A DNA stretch of 64,000 bases from Mobula hypostoma (GCF_963921235.1 NC_086097.1:167712001-167776000), one strand, 5' to 3'; numbered from the stretch's first letter, positions 27,296 to 41,029 are shown. Numbers and translations are program-made. Notes: a model not told the origin generated them from the letters alone.

Positions 27296-27434
27296 ATGGG
27301 TTGTTTGGGCAACAGCAAGACCGAGGATCAGCGACACGACGAGAAAGCCCAGCGAGAAGCCAACAAAAAAATCGAGAAGCAATTGCAGAAAGACAGACAG
27401 ACGTATAAAGCGACTCATCGGCTCCTTCTGCTGG
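27296..27434 (+). CDS. gnal: G protein alpha subunit Golf (Gs class), coding exon 1
   Basis: Kozak [53 protein letters not shown](G); 139 nt; donor G|GTAAGC. Confidence 0.93.
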
Positions 27435-27454
27435 GTAAGCGCCGTTGAACGGCC

Positions 27455-28400
27455 GCTCTTGCAACATCATGTTACAATGGAGCGCTCCTCGTTTTAAATT
27501 GCAACATCCGTGCCCGGCGTGTCTGTATATTGCAATATAATGTCAATGGAGTGCACTTTGATGTATTTTACACCGCAGTCGTGAGAGTGGAGGGCTCCTC
27601 AATATATATTTATATGACCATAAAATCTTAATGGAGTACACCACGATTCCGATTTGTATTTTAAAATCATGTTACAGTGTAAGGTTTGCTATTTCGTTTT
27701 TCTTGCAATATAATGCTAATGGAGTGCATCCCGAGGTGTCGTTGAATTGCAACATAGTGTCAATGGAATGCTCTTGGAATATCGTATTGCAACATCGTCT
27801 TTATATCGCAATATAATGCCAGAGGAATGCACCTTGATGTACGGAACGCTGCACAATTATATCTTCATATTGTAACATTATGTCAGTGGCGTGCTCTCTG
27901 TTGTCTTTAGGTAACATAATATCAATGAAATGCTCCTCGATGTATCTCTGTTGCAACATATGCATCCAAACGTAAGCTCCGTGTATCCTTATAATCACAC
28001 TACTTCAATGGAATGGAGCTTGATATATCATCTAATATTGCAATATCAGTGAGGTATAATTATATTGCAACATATTATCTATAGATAGTTCAGTGTATCT
28101 ATTTTGCAACATGTTGTTGCTCCTAAGTGTATTGCAACAGAGTGCTAGTGAGGGCTACTTGATGTATATGAATTGCGATGTAATGTAAAAGGAGTGCTTT
28201 CTGTTTCTTCACATTGCAACGTAATGTGACTGGAACTCTCAACACTTTGGCATACTGTAATATTTGCCAATGCTTTTCTCATTGTTTTCTTACATTACAG
28301 TATCATGTCAATGGAGTGCAACTTGACGTGTGTTGCAACACTGTCAATATACTGCTCAGTCTATTGTCTAATATTACAATATTTTGTCAATTGTTCTTTG
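27455..28400. repeat. Highly degenerate ~40-bp tandem repeat in gnal intron 1
   Basis: Approximate consensus TATTGCAACATAATGTCAATGGAGTGCTCCTTGATGTA. TTGCAA-type unit starts occur at 27459, 27499, 27530, 27703, 27747, 27787, 28132, 28173 and 28214. Confidence 0.8.
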
Positions 28401-28525
28401 GAACTGGATGCCACTGGCGTGGCCCACATTGCCAGTGTCTTGTGGTTGTAATTTCACTAGAGTCCCCCCTGGCCATCAACTCAACATAATGTAAGATGGA
28501 GCCATAATGGTGTTTATTCCATTAG

Positions 28526-28798
<273 letters not shown>

Positions 28799-29182
28799 TA
28801 AGTCCTGTGTGTTGCAAGCTATGGTTAAGGTTGAAAGTGAAGTCGCGTGGGGCCATGTTGGTGGGAAGTCTGGAGATGGTTGTGTGGGTGAATGGTTATG
28901 CATACCGGCTGGCCAATATGTGTGCCGTTGGGGCAGTTTTTGAGAACGCTGTTTTGGTAAGCTGTTTTGCAAGTAGTTATAACTTGTATTGATACTGCAG
29001 CAACACTTGCAAGTAGTGACAACTTACCCTTTCCCCATATTTGTGTGTTGCTGTAAATTAATGTGCCTTGCTTCTGCAACTCCGAGAGACCTCTTGTCGC
29101 TCAGTTTATTTTAATCATGAGCTGAAAAGAAAGGTATATTTAGCTTGAATAAATCAAGCCATTCTTGTTCATGTTAATACAG

Positions 29183-29237
29183 AGAGAAGAAGATGAAAGT
29201 GCAAGATATTAGGAAAAATATTAAAGATGCCATCGTG
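29183..29237 (+). CDS. gnal: Golf coding exon 3
   Basis: Acceptor TACAG|; EKKMKVQDIRKNIKDAIV (GNAL-type IRKNxKDAIV rather than GNAS IKNNLKEAIE); 55 nt; donor GTG|GTAAGT. Confidence 0.93.
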
Positions 29238-29396
29238 GTAAGTGTTTTAATAGTTTACTTGTTCGTTCCAAAAAAACAGCATACTGTTGTGACTGAGCTG
29301 GTCTTTTGATTTTTTCATAGGAAAAAAAATCCAACTTTGTCACTCAAATAAACTGTCTCAGATTAATGTTCGTAACTGTTTCCTATCCATTTTTAG

Positions 29397-29516
29397 ACAA
29401 TAGTCTCAGCGATGAGCACTTTAATACCACCAGTCCAATTAGCTAACCCTGAGCACCAGTTTCGATTGGATTATATTAAGAGTATCGCCCTTCTTTCAGA
29501 CTTTGAATACACGCAG
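29397..29516 (+). CDS. gnal: Golf coding exon 4 (helical domain)
   Basis: Acceptor TTTTAG|; [40 protein letters not shown] (GNAL-type DYIKSIA..DFEY.Q); 120 nt; donor CAG|GTAAGA. Confidence 0.95.
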
Positions 29517-32176
29517 GTAAGACTCATTTAGAATTGCTCTCTGAGATGTTTTTGGCAATATTCCTTGCTCTCTGGCTTTCTCCTTGCTGCGCATGCAGGA
29601 AAATTAGAAATAATGTTGAAAATGCTGAGAGATGTCTCTCATTTGTTTCTTGCATTGTGTTCTTGACCAATACTGTTTGCTGCGGAACATGAAGAAGTTA
29701 ATATGAAATTGGTCATGGTGTCATTGCAGTCAGAGTTGCGAGGAAGCATGCAATAATATATTGTGGTTGAATGCATGCTTCATTCTGCTACACTATAGGC
29801 TGCTGTGATCCTGTGTAAGTGCTGATTATTCTGATTTGAAAGACATGACAACAGCAAAAAAAAAGTGTGTCAGCTGTACTGTCTCCTGTAGGACCTAGCA
29901 GATATTGTTGTAGTGTGTCTGTCCAATCTATGAAGAACTGTGGTGATATTCCATTGTTACTGCCATGGGAGTTCCTCATCTACAGTAATTTATAATTAAA
30001 TTTCAGTATTAATATCTCAATTATTTATCATCAGAGCAGCTTGTGTCATTGACGTTGGTGGACAGGTGAAACAAAACTGAAATGAAAATGTCCTGTAATT
30101 TTTTTAGTAAAATTTGCATGTTTATTATTAAGTGTTCCCTTGTTTGTAACAGTGCAAGTTTGTCATAATTTGTAGCCATTACTTTATAATTTGTCATAAC
30201 TTATTGCAGTCCATTACTTTGCTAAGAGAACGTGCTATGTCTTTTTGTTGGGAGAAATTTCAAATGTAATGAATATTTAAATGAAAATATTAATGGATGA
30301 AATGTTTCATTGGATAACCACTATCTGATATTTTTTATTCAGTAATGCTGAGTTTATTTTAGTAATGTCCCACTATCTTGAGTTTCATGAGTAAAAGTAC
30401 CTGCAAACATTAGAAAATATATTTGTATTTAATTTACTGCAGATTGCAGAGACCTCTTTCCAAGTGTATTTCTTTTTAATTGTAAAAAAAACTTAAGTGC
30501 AGACCTCATTGTTAATTGGTCTTTTCATGTGATTACTTAATCCTGAATTTTCCTCAGTGTAGTCAATTTACTTGATAGAAATCATTAACATTTCTAGAAA
30601 AACAAAAATTCCTGACTTTTTATTGTATGATAGTTTTCTAAAACTGTTCCAAAGGAACTTTGTTATTCTTTGATAGTGAAGAACTTCATTTTTCCACTGA
30701 TAACATATTTAGTGTACCATAACTTTCTTGAGACACATATTTGCCAGGAGACATCCTAGTTGTATTCCGTAGATGGATGGCAATAGTGTGAATTGTGTTG
30801 AAGGCAATTAGTTTGTTTCTCTTACTTTATGGGTTTCTATTATTTGAATTCCAGATTCCTCATTTTATTTCCTAAAGCATCTGTCTCCCTCTCCTTTAAG
30901 AGACTATCGTGAAATCTAATTCTTGGGCTAAGATATTCTATTAGATATTCTTTGAGGCCTAGATTGTGTTAATGCTCTACTGAGTGCCTGGGATCATTTT
31001 ACTACATCAAAGATGATGTATTAATATGAGTTGTTGCTCTAAAATCATTTTATCAAAACATCATGAAGATGTAAAGCACTCCTTGTGATTACTGTAATTT
31101 CCTTGTATGTGAGCTACTGAAATGTTATTACATTATCTTTTGCTTTACTGGCATATTGTAGAATTGTTAGTGTGCACAGAGAGGCCATTTGACCATTGTG
31201 TCCTTGCAGCTCTTCATAGAGTAGTTAAGACAGTGGTTCTGAAAATTACCCTGAGTGTGTAGTGAGGTTGTAGAAGAATTCTGATAGAATTGATGGTCAT
31301 GTGAGTGAGAACAAGGTTACAGCAAATGAGTTTAAGTCAAGTTTATTGTCAGGTACAATGAAAAATTTGTAACAGTATCACAGGCACAGAACAAATAAGC
31401 AACATTCACAAGTAACATAACTTTACAAGAAAGAACACAACTAAAAGCCAAAGTCCATTTTGGTGCAAAGTGATAAAAAGCATCAATGTGTTGCTAAACA
31501 GTGTTGTGCCAATTGTTTCAAAAGCCAGTTGGTTGAAAGAAAATAGCTGATCTTGAACCTGATGAGAGAATGGAATTACTCTGTGGCATGATTCCAGTAG
31601 CCTGGATGTCTCTTTAATTGTAATTAGGAAATAGAGTGTAAAGAGTTAGCTAATGAAAATAAAAAATTAAATGCTGGAAATCTTAATCAAAGGCTGGGAA
31701 CCCAGCAGGTCAGATTGAACCTTGGAAAGAAAAACAGAGATAATGTTTCAAGCTGATGAGTACCATAGAAGAGAGAAAGAAGTTAGTATGAAGGTACAAC
31801 AAGAGTGGTGGAGCAATGGATAGGAAAAGAGAAATACCCCTTGATAAGGTGAGACCAGGGTTGCCCTGTGGATAAGCAGTCAACATGGTCATCTGGCCAG
31901 TGAGCTAATGGGGACAGTTTGGGAGGAAAGGCATCTTCTTTTGTTCATTAAAAACTTGGAAAATGGCAGAGAGAATAAAAGTGAGTTGATATAATCCAAC
32001 AGAGCTGACCAGTTCTGATACCAATGGAGAAAACAAGTGATAGGATTCAATACTGAGTCTAGAGAGTTGCACTGATGGAAGATGAAGTATTGTTCTTTAA
32101 GTTTGCACTGGGCATCATTATAATAATGTTGGAAGCCACCGACCAATTGGTCAGCGTGGGAATGCGATGGAGAATT

Positions 32177-32489
32177 TTTTTTTGGCATGTGCCTTTGTGC
32201 ATGCGAGTCTGTGCGTCTGTGTGTCCGTGCGTGTGTCCGCGATGATGTCTTTTTCATGGTTTTTTACAAGGCGTGGAGCGAGAGAGAGACTGTGTGGTAC
32301 GCCTCTCCTCACACAGACATTTTCACAGTATTTTCCCTTTATTTTATGAGGTCGAGTTGCAGTTTCGACACTCAACCTGGCATGGTTGGAAAGCATACTC
32401 GGGGGCGGACCCGACTAGTTTCGAACCGGGGAACCTCAGCTCTGGGGTCGGGTCCGGCACCAATGTTGTTGCGCCACCAGCCAGCCCGG
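32177..32489 (-). mobile_element. tRNA-derived SINE with a poly(A) tail and 11-bp TSD
   Basis: The minus-strand head has an A-box-like TGGCGCAACAACATTGG and a B-box GGTTCGAAAC. The A-tail is at ~32177-32183. The direct repeat GATGGAGAATT occurs at 32166-32176 and 32490-32500. Confidence 0.82.
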
Positions 32490-35400
32490 GATGGAGAATT
32501 AAAATGGCAGGCAATGGGAACCTCAGGGTCGCCCCTGCAGATAGAATGCAGAGCTGTCATCTAATCTGCAGTTGGTGAATCTATTGCAAGAAAGACACCA
32601 GCTTGAATATCGAATACAGTGCACGGGAGTAGAGGGAATGTAAATTAATCCCCACTTCTCTAGGAAGGACTGTTGCATTCTTGGATGAGGGGAATAGAGG
32701 AGGTGAAAACACTTCCAGTAGTTGTATGAGCACATGACATAAAAAAGCAAAAAGTTGGTTTCACCATCTCTTCTGATCTTTCTCTCTCTATTGTCAAATA
32801 TACCTCTTCAGCAGAGAGCTAATCTGTATTCCTTTCCAATGGCAAAATATCAAATTCTTGAAAGGACCTCTTGTATGATAAGATGGACTCTTGGAGTCAA
32901 TATATCTTGTTGTGATCTTGCACTTTATCGTGTACCTGCACTGCACCCTTCTGGTCGCTTTTACACTTTATTTTGCACTGTTGTTATTTTACCCTATTCT
33001 AGCTCAATGCACTGTGTAATGATCTGATCTATGTGAATAGCATGCAAGCCAAGCTTTTCACTGCATCTTGATGCATGTAACTATAGTAAACCAATACACA
33101 GTACTCCCTTGAAACTCACTGTGATTTTGGTTTCTGCACTCCATTTAACTCACAAAGATTTTGGATCCTTTGATGCGTATTAACTCCCCAGAGCCACTCC
33201 CTTTAAACTACCAGGTTCACTGGAAGATTTATTATGATGAAGTGTTGGGTGATTGGTGCTTGGTTTATCATTGTCACATTACCAAGATAAAGAGTAAAGT
33301 ATTTGCTTGCATGCCATCCATATCATGCCATATGACATTGAGGTATTACAAAAAGGAACAAAAAAAACAGAAGAACTGGACAGTTTCAGTGAAAATGCAG
33401 TGTAGGGAAACAAATAAAGCGCTAGAGACACAATGAAGTAGAATCAGAGATCAAAGTTCACATTCAACATTAATAGAAATACCATCCACAAGTTCAGAAG
33501 CTGGTACGATTGAACTCGAAAGTTACCAGATTAATGGAATTTTATCGCATTGTGATGCTAAGAATAGTGAAGACTGAGCATCACCCTCCCTTCTTCCAAT
33601 AAATCTACACAAAACCTCAAGGTGCACATTATGTGCAATAAAATCTTTTGGCTATTATAATGTCCCTTTCAAAATCAAGCCAAGATTCTAAAATTTCAGT
33701 GTCATAATGGAAAATAGCAATCACATATTTTCTGTTGATACCACATTTGATTTGGTTGTTTTTGGTCAAAGAATGAAAGGAACAATCATTTAGGAATCTG
33801 GGCCAGTGGTACAATTGTCTCGTTTGAACTATGATACAACTATTTTGAAAAACCCTTGACCTGCTTTGAGATCAATAAGTAACCTCAGATATTTTTAACT
33901 CGGTTAATTTTAAGAGATTTGTTTCTAATTATAGAATTAATATTAAAACTAACAATGAAAGTGTGTTACCAGTGCAAAGCCCATTAATAGTAACTAGACT
34001 GAACTGGCAGTTTTTGATCAACATATTTTTTTTCACATTTCCTTCCTTCCCTTGCAGCACACTAGTAGCCCAGAGGTCAGGAGCCTGCCTGAAACCCCTT
34101 CTGTGTTAAATGATACAGAGCAATGATTTACACTAGAGAGAGTGAGAGATGGAATATTCATGCAGAGACCAGAAGTATAGCTCCCATTAGGAACTCAATA
34201 GATGCTCAGGGTTATTTGGGTGTATTGGAAGGAGCTGTACGTCTATTCCATAGTTTGGATGTTCTGTTGTTCCTCTCCATTTTTTGCCCTGTTCAATACA
34301 CATACGGTAGATTGCATTGGTAAAAGCATTAAAGGAAGATTACCTTTAGTTGTCACATGTACATCGAAAAGTACAGTGAAATGTGTCATTTGCATCAAGG
34401 ACCAGCACTGTCAAGGATGTGCTGGGGGCAGCATATAAGAGTTGCCATGACTTCAGTGCCAACATAGCATCCCCAAGCTTACTACCCCTAACTTATATAT
34501 CTTTGGAATGTGGGAGGAAACGCACAAGGTCACAGGGAAAATATACAAGCTCCTGGGAATTGAACCACGATCTTCTGATCATTGGAACTTAAAGTGTTAC
34601 ACTAACCACTATGCTGCTGTACTATGTAATAATTTACTAATACTAAACTATTTTATTTAGTATCAATAATAATTTTGGGTACGTGCTCAGAATCAGTTTC
34701 CTCTTGTATTTTGAATGTGATTTAAGATTCTTGGAGCCCAATTATTTGAAAAGCAAGCTCAAATTTGCTGGTTGTTAATGGGGTGTAGCTGTCATGTTCT
34801 TCAACGATACTTAGCCCCTCAGAGGAGACTCACATATTTCCTCATTCATTTGGGATGTTTACACCAGTGTTTAACTTTAGGCTTACAAGTCATTGGCTCA
34901 CAGACTGATTGTCCCTGGTCCTCTGAATCATATCAGATTAGTGTGGCCAACCTTTGGCCAAATGATTTTTATTTACAGTAATAAATTACAATAACATTAA
35001 CTCCATCAGCAATCTTAAGAAGTACATACATGGTAAATATGGCTGGGTTTTTCACTGATGTAATCATGATCTGGTGGGAGAGTAATCTCCAAATATAAGG
35101 TTAAGATTAATGAGTAGTTTTTAAACATACAAGGTTCTGCAGATATCCAGAGTCACACAGCCAAACTAATGGAGGAACTCAGCAGGTCAGGTAGCATCTA
35201 TGGAAAGGAATAAAGAGGCAATATTTCAGACTAATAACTCGGCCATGGACAGCTGTGAAAGGAGAAAGATTGGGCATGGAGCTGGCAAATAAGAACCCAG
35301 TGGTACAGAAATGCCAACAGAAGCTTCAGAGACTTCATCACTGGGAGAGGAAGGATCTTTGAAGACGAGCTGCACCTGGGGAAAATTCAAAAGACTGGCC

Positions 35401-35740
35401 CAGGACAGATGAGTCTGGCAAGCTGCTGCCGGAGGCCTATGCCCAGTTAGGGTGATGGGCAAAGAAGTATTAGTAGGTTTGGCTGAGACCTTTCATCTGA
35501 TGTGAATAGTTTAAAAATGTTTTTTAGAGTGAATAAATTCATGGCAAGAAGAAGCCACTGTTGGTCTTCTAATCCCACTACACAATGAGACAAATTTATA
35601 GTCTTCGCAGAGTAATGCAAAAATGTGATAGTTCATGATGCTTGAATAGGATATGTTCGAGCAGCATCTATGTGCAGTACCGAGAGTCCACAGTCAATGT
35701 GAATACGCTCTGCTTCTGCTGTCTTTTCAAGAGTACTGAT

Positions 35741-35818
35741 TGTTGTGACTGACTAAAACTGAGTCACACGGAAGTTGTAACTAGGAAATATAAAATCTTT
35801 ACTTACACAACAAACCTC

Positions 35819-35849
<31 letters not shown>

Positions 35850-36534
35850 ATCCAAGAGAATCTCTCTCTTTTGACGCAATGTTATACTTTTCAATACAAA
35901 GATAATGATAAACGATTAACTATAGTTTCAATTGCTATAATCATCTACTTATCTTTAACATTCATAGTATATTCAAACAAATTTAAAGAATTACATATTT
36001 ACAGTTTGTAGCCTGGGGAAAAGTACTTGCTTAGGACAACAAAGACTCTTTCGGGTTTGATTTCTTTATCAGTTTTCGATGTTTAAGTGCCATTAGACGG
36101 TCGCGAAACAAAGCGAACAAATTTACAACCAGTTCTTGCCATTACAATCTCAGTTTAACTTTCGATTCCCACCAGAGACAGAATCGCATATGCAGTATAA
36201 AAGTACCAGAACTAATATGGTACAAATACGGTACTGGCAATCCTATTTGGATGGTGAGGAACTTTGCCCAAGCCACGTGATCCAGCGTTGAGTCATTCAC
36301 TCGAGAAAATCTTTCCTCACCCTGCCCAGCACACTCTGGGAGAAACCAGATTCCAACGCCCCACCAGCATCTTCAGTAGAAAGCAAAATGGTCTCCCCAC
36401 TGTCCCGCGCGTGCGTAATGACATCACCATCTCCCTTAAAGGCACAGACAACTATTCTAGCATTACCTGGGTGGATGGCTAAGTACACTTTTAACGATGC
36501 TGAATAAGATCTGACGGTCACCCGGTCACATACA
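35741..36534. mobile_element. Putative solo LTR or TIR-bounded insertion
   Basis: Relatively CpG-retaining block bounded by imperfect inverted ends (TGTTGTGACT / GGTCACATACA). No TSD found. Confidence 0.35.
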
Positions 36535-36574
36535 ATAGTAACTCATCCACCTATCAGAGCCCCTTAGCATATTC

Positions 36575-39460
36575 AAATGGGCAGGAGTCAAAGAGTTGTT
36601 GCTTTTTGGTTGGCTGCCCGTGACTGGTGGTGTTCCACAGGTGTTGGTGTTGAGACCGCTCCTTTTCATATTATATGTAAATGATTTGGATGATGGGATT
36701 GGTAGCTTTGTAGCTGAGCTGCGGACAATACAAGGATAGGTGGAAGGTCAGGTAGTGTTGAGGAAGCAGGGAGTCTGCAGAAGGGCTTAGACAGATTGAA
36801 AGAATGGGCAAAAAAAGTATAGTGTAGGGAAGTGTATGATTATGCACTTTGGTAGAAGGAATAAAGCGGTAGACTATTTTCTAAGCAGAGAGAAAATTCA
36901 AAAATTAGAGGTGCAAGAGGACTTGGGGGTTATTGAGTAGAATTTTCTAAAGGTTAAACCGCAGGTTGAGTCAATGATACGGAAGGTGAATGCAAGGCAA
37001 CACATGCAAAATGCTGGACGAACTCAGCAGGTCAAGCAGCATCTATGCATATAAATAAATAGTCAACATTTTGGACTGGACCCTTTTTCGGGACTGGAAA
37101 GTAACAGGGAAGACGCCAGAATAAAAAGGTGGGATGAAAGAAAGGAGGACTAGGTAGAAGCCAGGTGGGTGGGAAAGGTAAAGGACTGGAGAAGAAGGAA
37201 TACATTAGGAGGGGAGACAGGATCATGGAGAAAGGTAAGAAGGAGAGTCACTGGGGGAGGTGATAGGCAAGTGAAGAGAGAGGCCAGAGTGGGGAATAGA
37301 AGAAGAGGGAAGGGGGAGGGGGAAAATTTACCAGAAGGAGAAATTGATGTTCATACTATCAGGTTGGAGACCATCTAGACAGAATATGAGGTGCTGATCC
37401 TTCACCCTGAGAGTGGCCTCATCATGGCATAAGAGGAAGCCATGGACCTACATGCCAGAACAGGAATGAGGATATGAATTAAAATGGTTGGCCACCAGGA
37501 AATTCCACTCTGGTGGATGGAGCAGAGGTGTTCGTCAAAGCAATCCCCCAGTTTACATCAGGTCTCACGAATGTTTCAGGAGGAGCAGATACAAGACCCC
37601 AGCAGATCTGCAGGTGAAGTGTTGTCTCATTTTGAAGCACTTTTTGGGGCCCTGCAGGTGTGTAGCATTTCTCTAGCTTGCAGGGATATGTGCCAGGAGG
37701 GAATGGATAGACAAGGGAATCAGGAAGCAAGTGATCCCTGTGGAAAGTGGAGAGAGGTATTGAATTGAACTGACTTTATTTCTTACATCCTTCACATACA
37801 TGCGGAGTAAAAATCTTTACGTTATGTCTCTGTCTAAAGGTGCAATCATAGTAATTTGTAATATATAGAACAGTCAATGTAACATTGAAATATACTCAAA
37901 TCAGCGTCAGTTAAGCAGCCTGATGGCCTCGTGGAAGAAGCTGTCCCAGAGCCTGTTGGTCCTGGCTTTTGTGCTGTGGTATCATCTCCCGGATGTTAGC
38001 AGCTGGAATAGATCATGGCTGTGGTGACTTGGGTACTCAAAAATCCTTTGGGCCCTTTTTTCACACCTGTCTTTGTAGATGTCCTGAATCATGGGAAGTT
38101 CACAACTGCAGATTCGCTGGGCTGTCCGCACCACTCTCTGCAGAGTCTGCAATTAAGGGAGGTACAGTTCCCATACCAGGCAGTGATGCAGCCAGTCAGG
38201 ATGCTCTCAATTGTGCCCGAGTAGAAAGTTCTTAGGATTTGGGCCCCCTACTAAGCTTACTCAACCATCTGAGGTGAAAGAGGTGCTGTTGTGCCTTTTT
38301 CACCACACAGCTGGTGTGTATGGATCATGTGAGGTCCTTGGTGATGTGGATGCCAAGGAACTTAAAGCTGTTTACTCTCTCAAACCCAGATCCATTGATG
38401 TCAATAGGACAATTGATGCCCGTCTCCATTCCTCCTGTAATCCACAAATAGCTCCTTTGTTTTTGTGACATTGAGGGAGAGGTTGTTTTCCTGACACCAC
38501 TGTGTCAGAGAGATGACGAGATGACTTCTTCCCTGTAAGCCACCTCGTTACTGTTTGAGATTAGGCCAGTCAATGTAGTGTCGTCGGCAAATTTAATTAG
38601 TAATTAGAGCTTTGGGTGGCGACAGAGTCATGGGTATGCAAAGAGTAAAGGAGGGGACTTAGTACAGAGTCCTGAGGGGCTCCTGTGTTTAAAGATGTGT
38701 TTGGTGGTGGGATCCCATTGAAGATGGCGGAAGTTGCAAACAATGATATGCTGGATGCGGAGGCTCATGGAGTGGTAGGTTGAAGACAAGAGAAACTCAA
38801 TCCATGTTAAGGCAGTAGAAAGATGGGGTGAGCATAGTGAGGCAAATGCAATGTTAGCATTCATTTTGAGAGAACTAGAATATAACAGTAAGGACGTAAT
38901 GCTGAAGCTTTATAAGGCATTGGTCAAACCACGTGGAATATTGTGAGTGGTTTTGGGCCCCGTACCTCAGAAAAGATCTGGTGTTGAAGAGGACGTTCAC
39001 AAGAATGTTTCCAGGAATGAAAGGGTTAACATGATGAGCATTTGATGTGCCTCTGCCTGTACTCACTGGAGCTTAGAAGAATGAGAGGAGGATCTGATTG
39101 AAACCTATTGAATATTGAAAGGCCTAGATAGAGGGGATGTGGGGAGGATGCTTCCTATAGTGGATGAATCTTGGACCAAAGGGCCCAGCCTCAGAATAGA
39201 GGGAGATCCATTTAGGACAGAGATGATGAAGAATTTCTTTAGCCAAAGGGTAGTGAATCTGTGGAATTCATTGGCACAAATGACTGTGGAGGCAAAGTGA
39301 TTGAGTATATTTAAAGTAGAGATTCTTGATTAGTCAGGGCATCAAAGGCTATGGGGAGTAGGCAGAAGAATGGGGCTGAGACTGGTAATAAATGAACCAC
39401 AAAGGTGGAGCAGATTCGATGGGCCAAATTGCCTAATTCTCTGTTCCTATGTCTTATGGT
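36575..39460 (+). mobile_element. CR1 LINE split by a nested Penelope-like fragment, which is itself split by a Rex/Babar LINE
   Basis: CR1 runs 36575-36995 and resumes at ~38840. Both junctions carry AAGGTGAATGCAA / GAGGCAAATGCAA, a probable TSD. Confidence 0.65.
37765..38690 (-). mobile_element. Rex1/Babar LINE 3' part
   Basis: Reverse complement of the family at 3085-4605 (same tail; KFADD at ~38580). Confidence 0.75.
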
Positions 39461-41029
39461 TCCAAAAGGCAGGATATACCCCTTTTGTTACAGTGTTGAG
39501 ACGTATATACAATTAATCAGAAGGTTAAGTAACAAAACAGACTTGTCCTGATCTGTGCATCTGTGATCTGGCAGGGATACATGTTAACAATGTGCTAAAG
39601 CAGGAACACTCATTTGTTGTCTTCCCTTATGTAGTTTCAATGGGGAAGAAAGCCACAAAGTATCAGCTGGAAGTTAAATTGTGCATAGGTTTTATTTCCT
39701 AAAGTGTGGTTCTCATTTTAGTTCATCCATAATTATGCTATCCTTAAAGTCATAACTCTGGAATGATCCCTGACATTGACAAAAGAAAAATAAGGGGAAG
39801 AGTAGGAAAATGGAGCTTATAGTGCAGTTGTTTTTCTGACCTTCAGATTTGTTCTCCCTACAGTAAAGTCCAAGTCATTTATGTGTAACCAGAAAATCAA
39901 TGATCCTAAAACTGACCCCAGGGCATCAGAACTACAAACCACTGATAAGCATTTGCATTTGCTGCCTCTTGTCACATAATGCTGATCATTGGCACATGCG
40001 TTTATTTTCTGAACTAAGGTATTTAATGAGGTATTTTATCAAAAGCCTTCTGGAAGTCCATCTGAACACCATCTCCTGCACGGTCTTCATCAACCCTTTC
40101 TAGTAATGGACAGTTTCTGTGACACTACCCCAAAGGAAGATTTTCAAATTGCTTTATGATTTTGTTTGAGCCATATAGTTATACAGCACAGAAACAAGCC
40201 CTCCACCCAGTGAGGCTGTGCTGCTCATGAAACACCCATTTATGCTAATCCTGATATTGTTCTCCGCTCATTCCCATCAACTGCCCGGTATTCTACTGCT
40301 CAACTGCACACTAGGAACAGTTATCCCACCAACCCACATGTCTTTGTTATGCGGGAAGAAACCAGAACATTTGGGCTAAGCTCCTAGTCACGGGGCCGAA
40401 ATGCAGACTCCGACAGTCATCACTGGAGGTCGGGATTGAACACGGGTGACTGGAGCAGCGAGGGAGCTGTGTTTCATTGCTGCAATCATGCTGTCCGCAA
40501 ACTTCTTTAACGTGGCAATTCCAACGCAAAACACTAATTAGAGCCCGAATCGAAGATGGGCTGTGTTCTGAGTGTCAAGGTACATTAAATTATGCCCTCA
40601 AGCACATGCCTGTTTTTTTTTGGTTGCATTTGCTTTGTGAAGTTCCACTGAAGCTTGAAGAAACAAATGGTTATTGCAATGAGTGACAGAGTTCTATAGC
40701 ATGGAATCAGACCCATCAGCACAGCTCGTCCATGTTGATCAAGGCGCCTACCTCAGCTAGTCCCAGTCTATGATTTTATAAGCCACTAGAAGGTCACCTG
40801 TTGGCCGCCTTCATTCCAGGTGAAGCAGTCCCTGCTTGTCCAGTCTTTCTTTATAACTGAAGTTCTCCAGTCCCAGCAACATTTTTTGGGTATTGTTTCA
40901 TCACCCTCTTAACTGTGGATGCCCAAGGTCAGTACTTGGCTTTTTGGCCCTTGTGTGTCAAATCAAGCAAGGCAACAGATTTTTGATGGAATTGTTCATT
41001 ATTTCAGAATCAGGTTTATTGACTGTTGA

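Noticed and set aside
32400..32489. tRNA gene
   Set aside because: A/B boxes are present, but there is no clear cloverleaf, and the sequence is the head of a TSD-flanked SINE.
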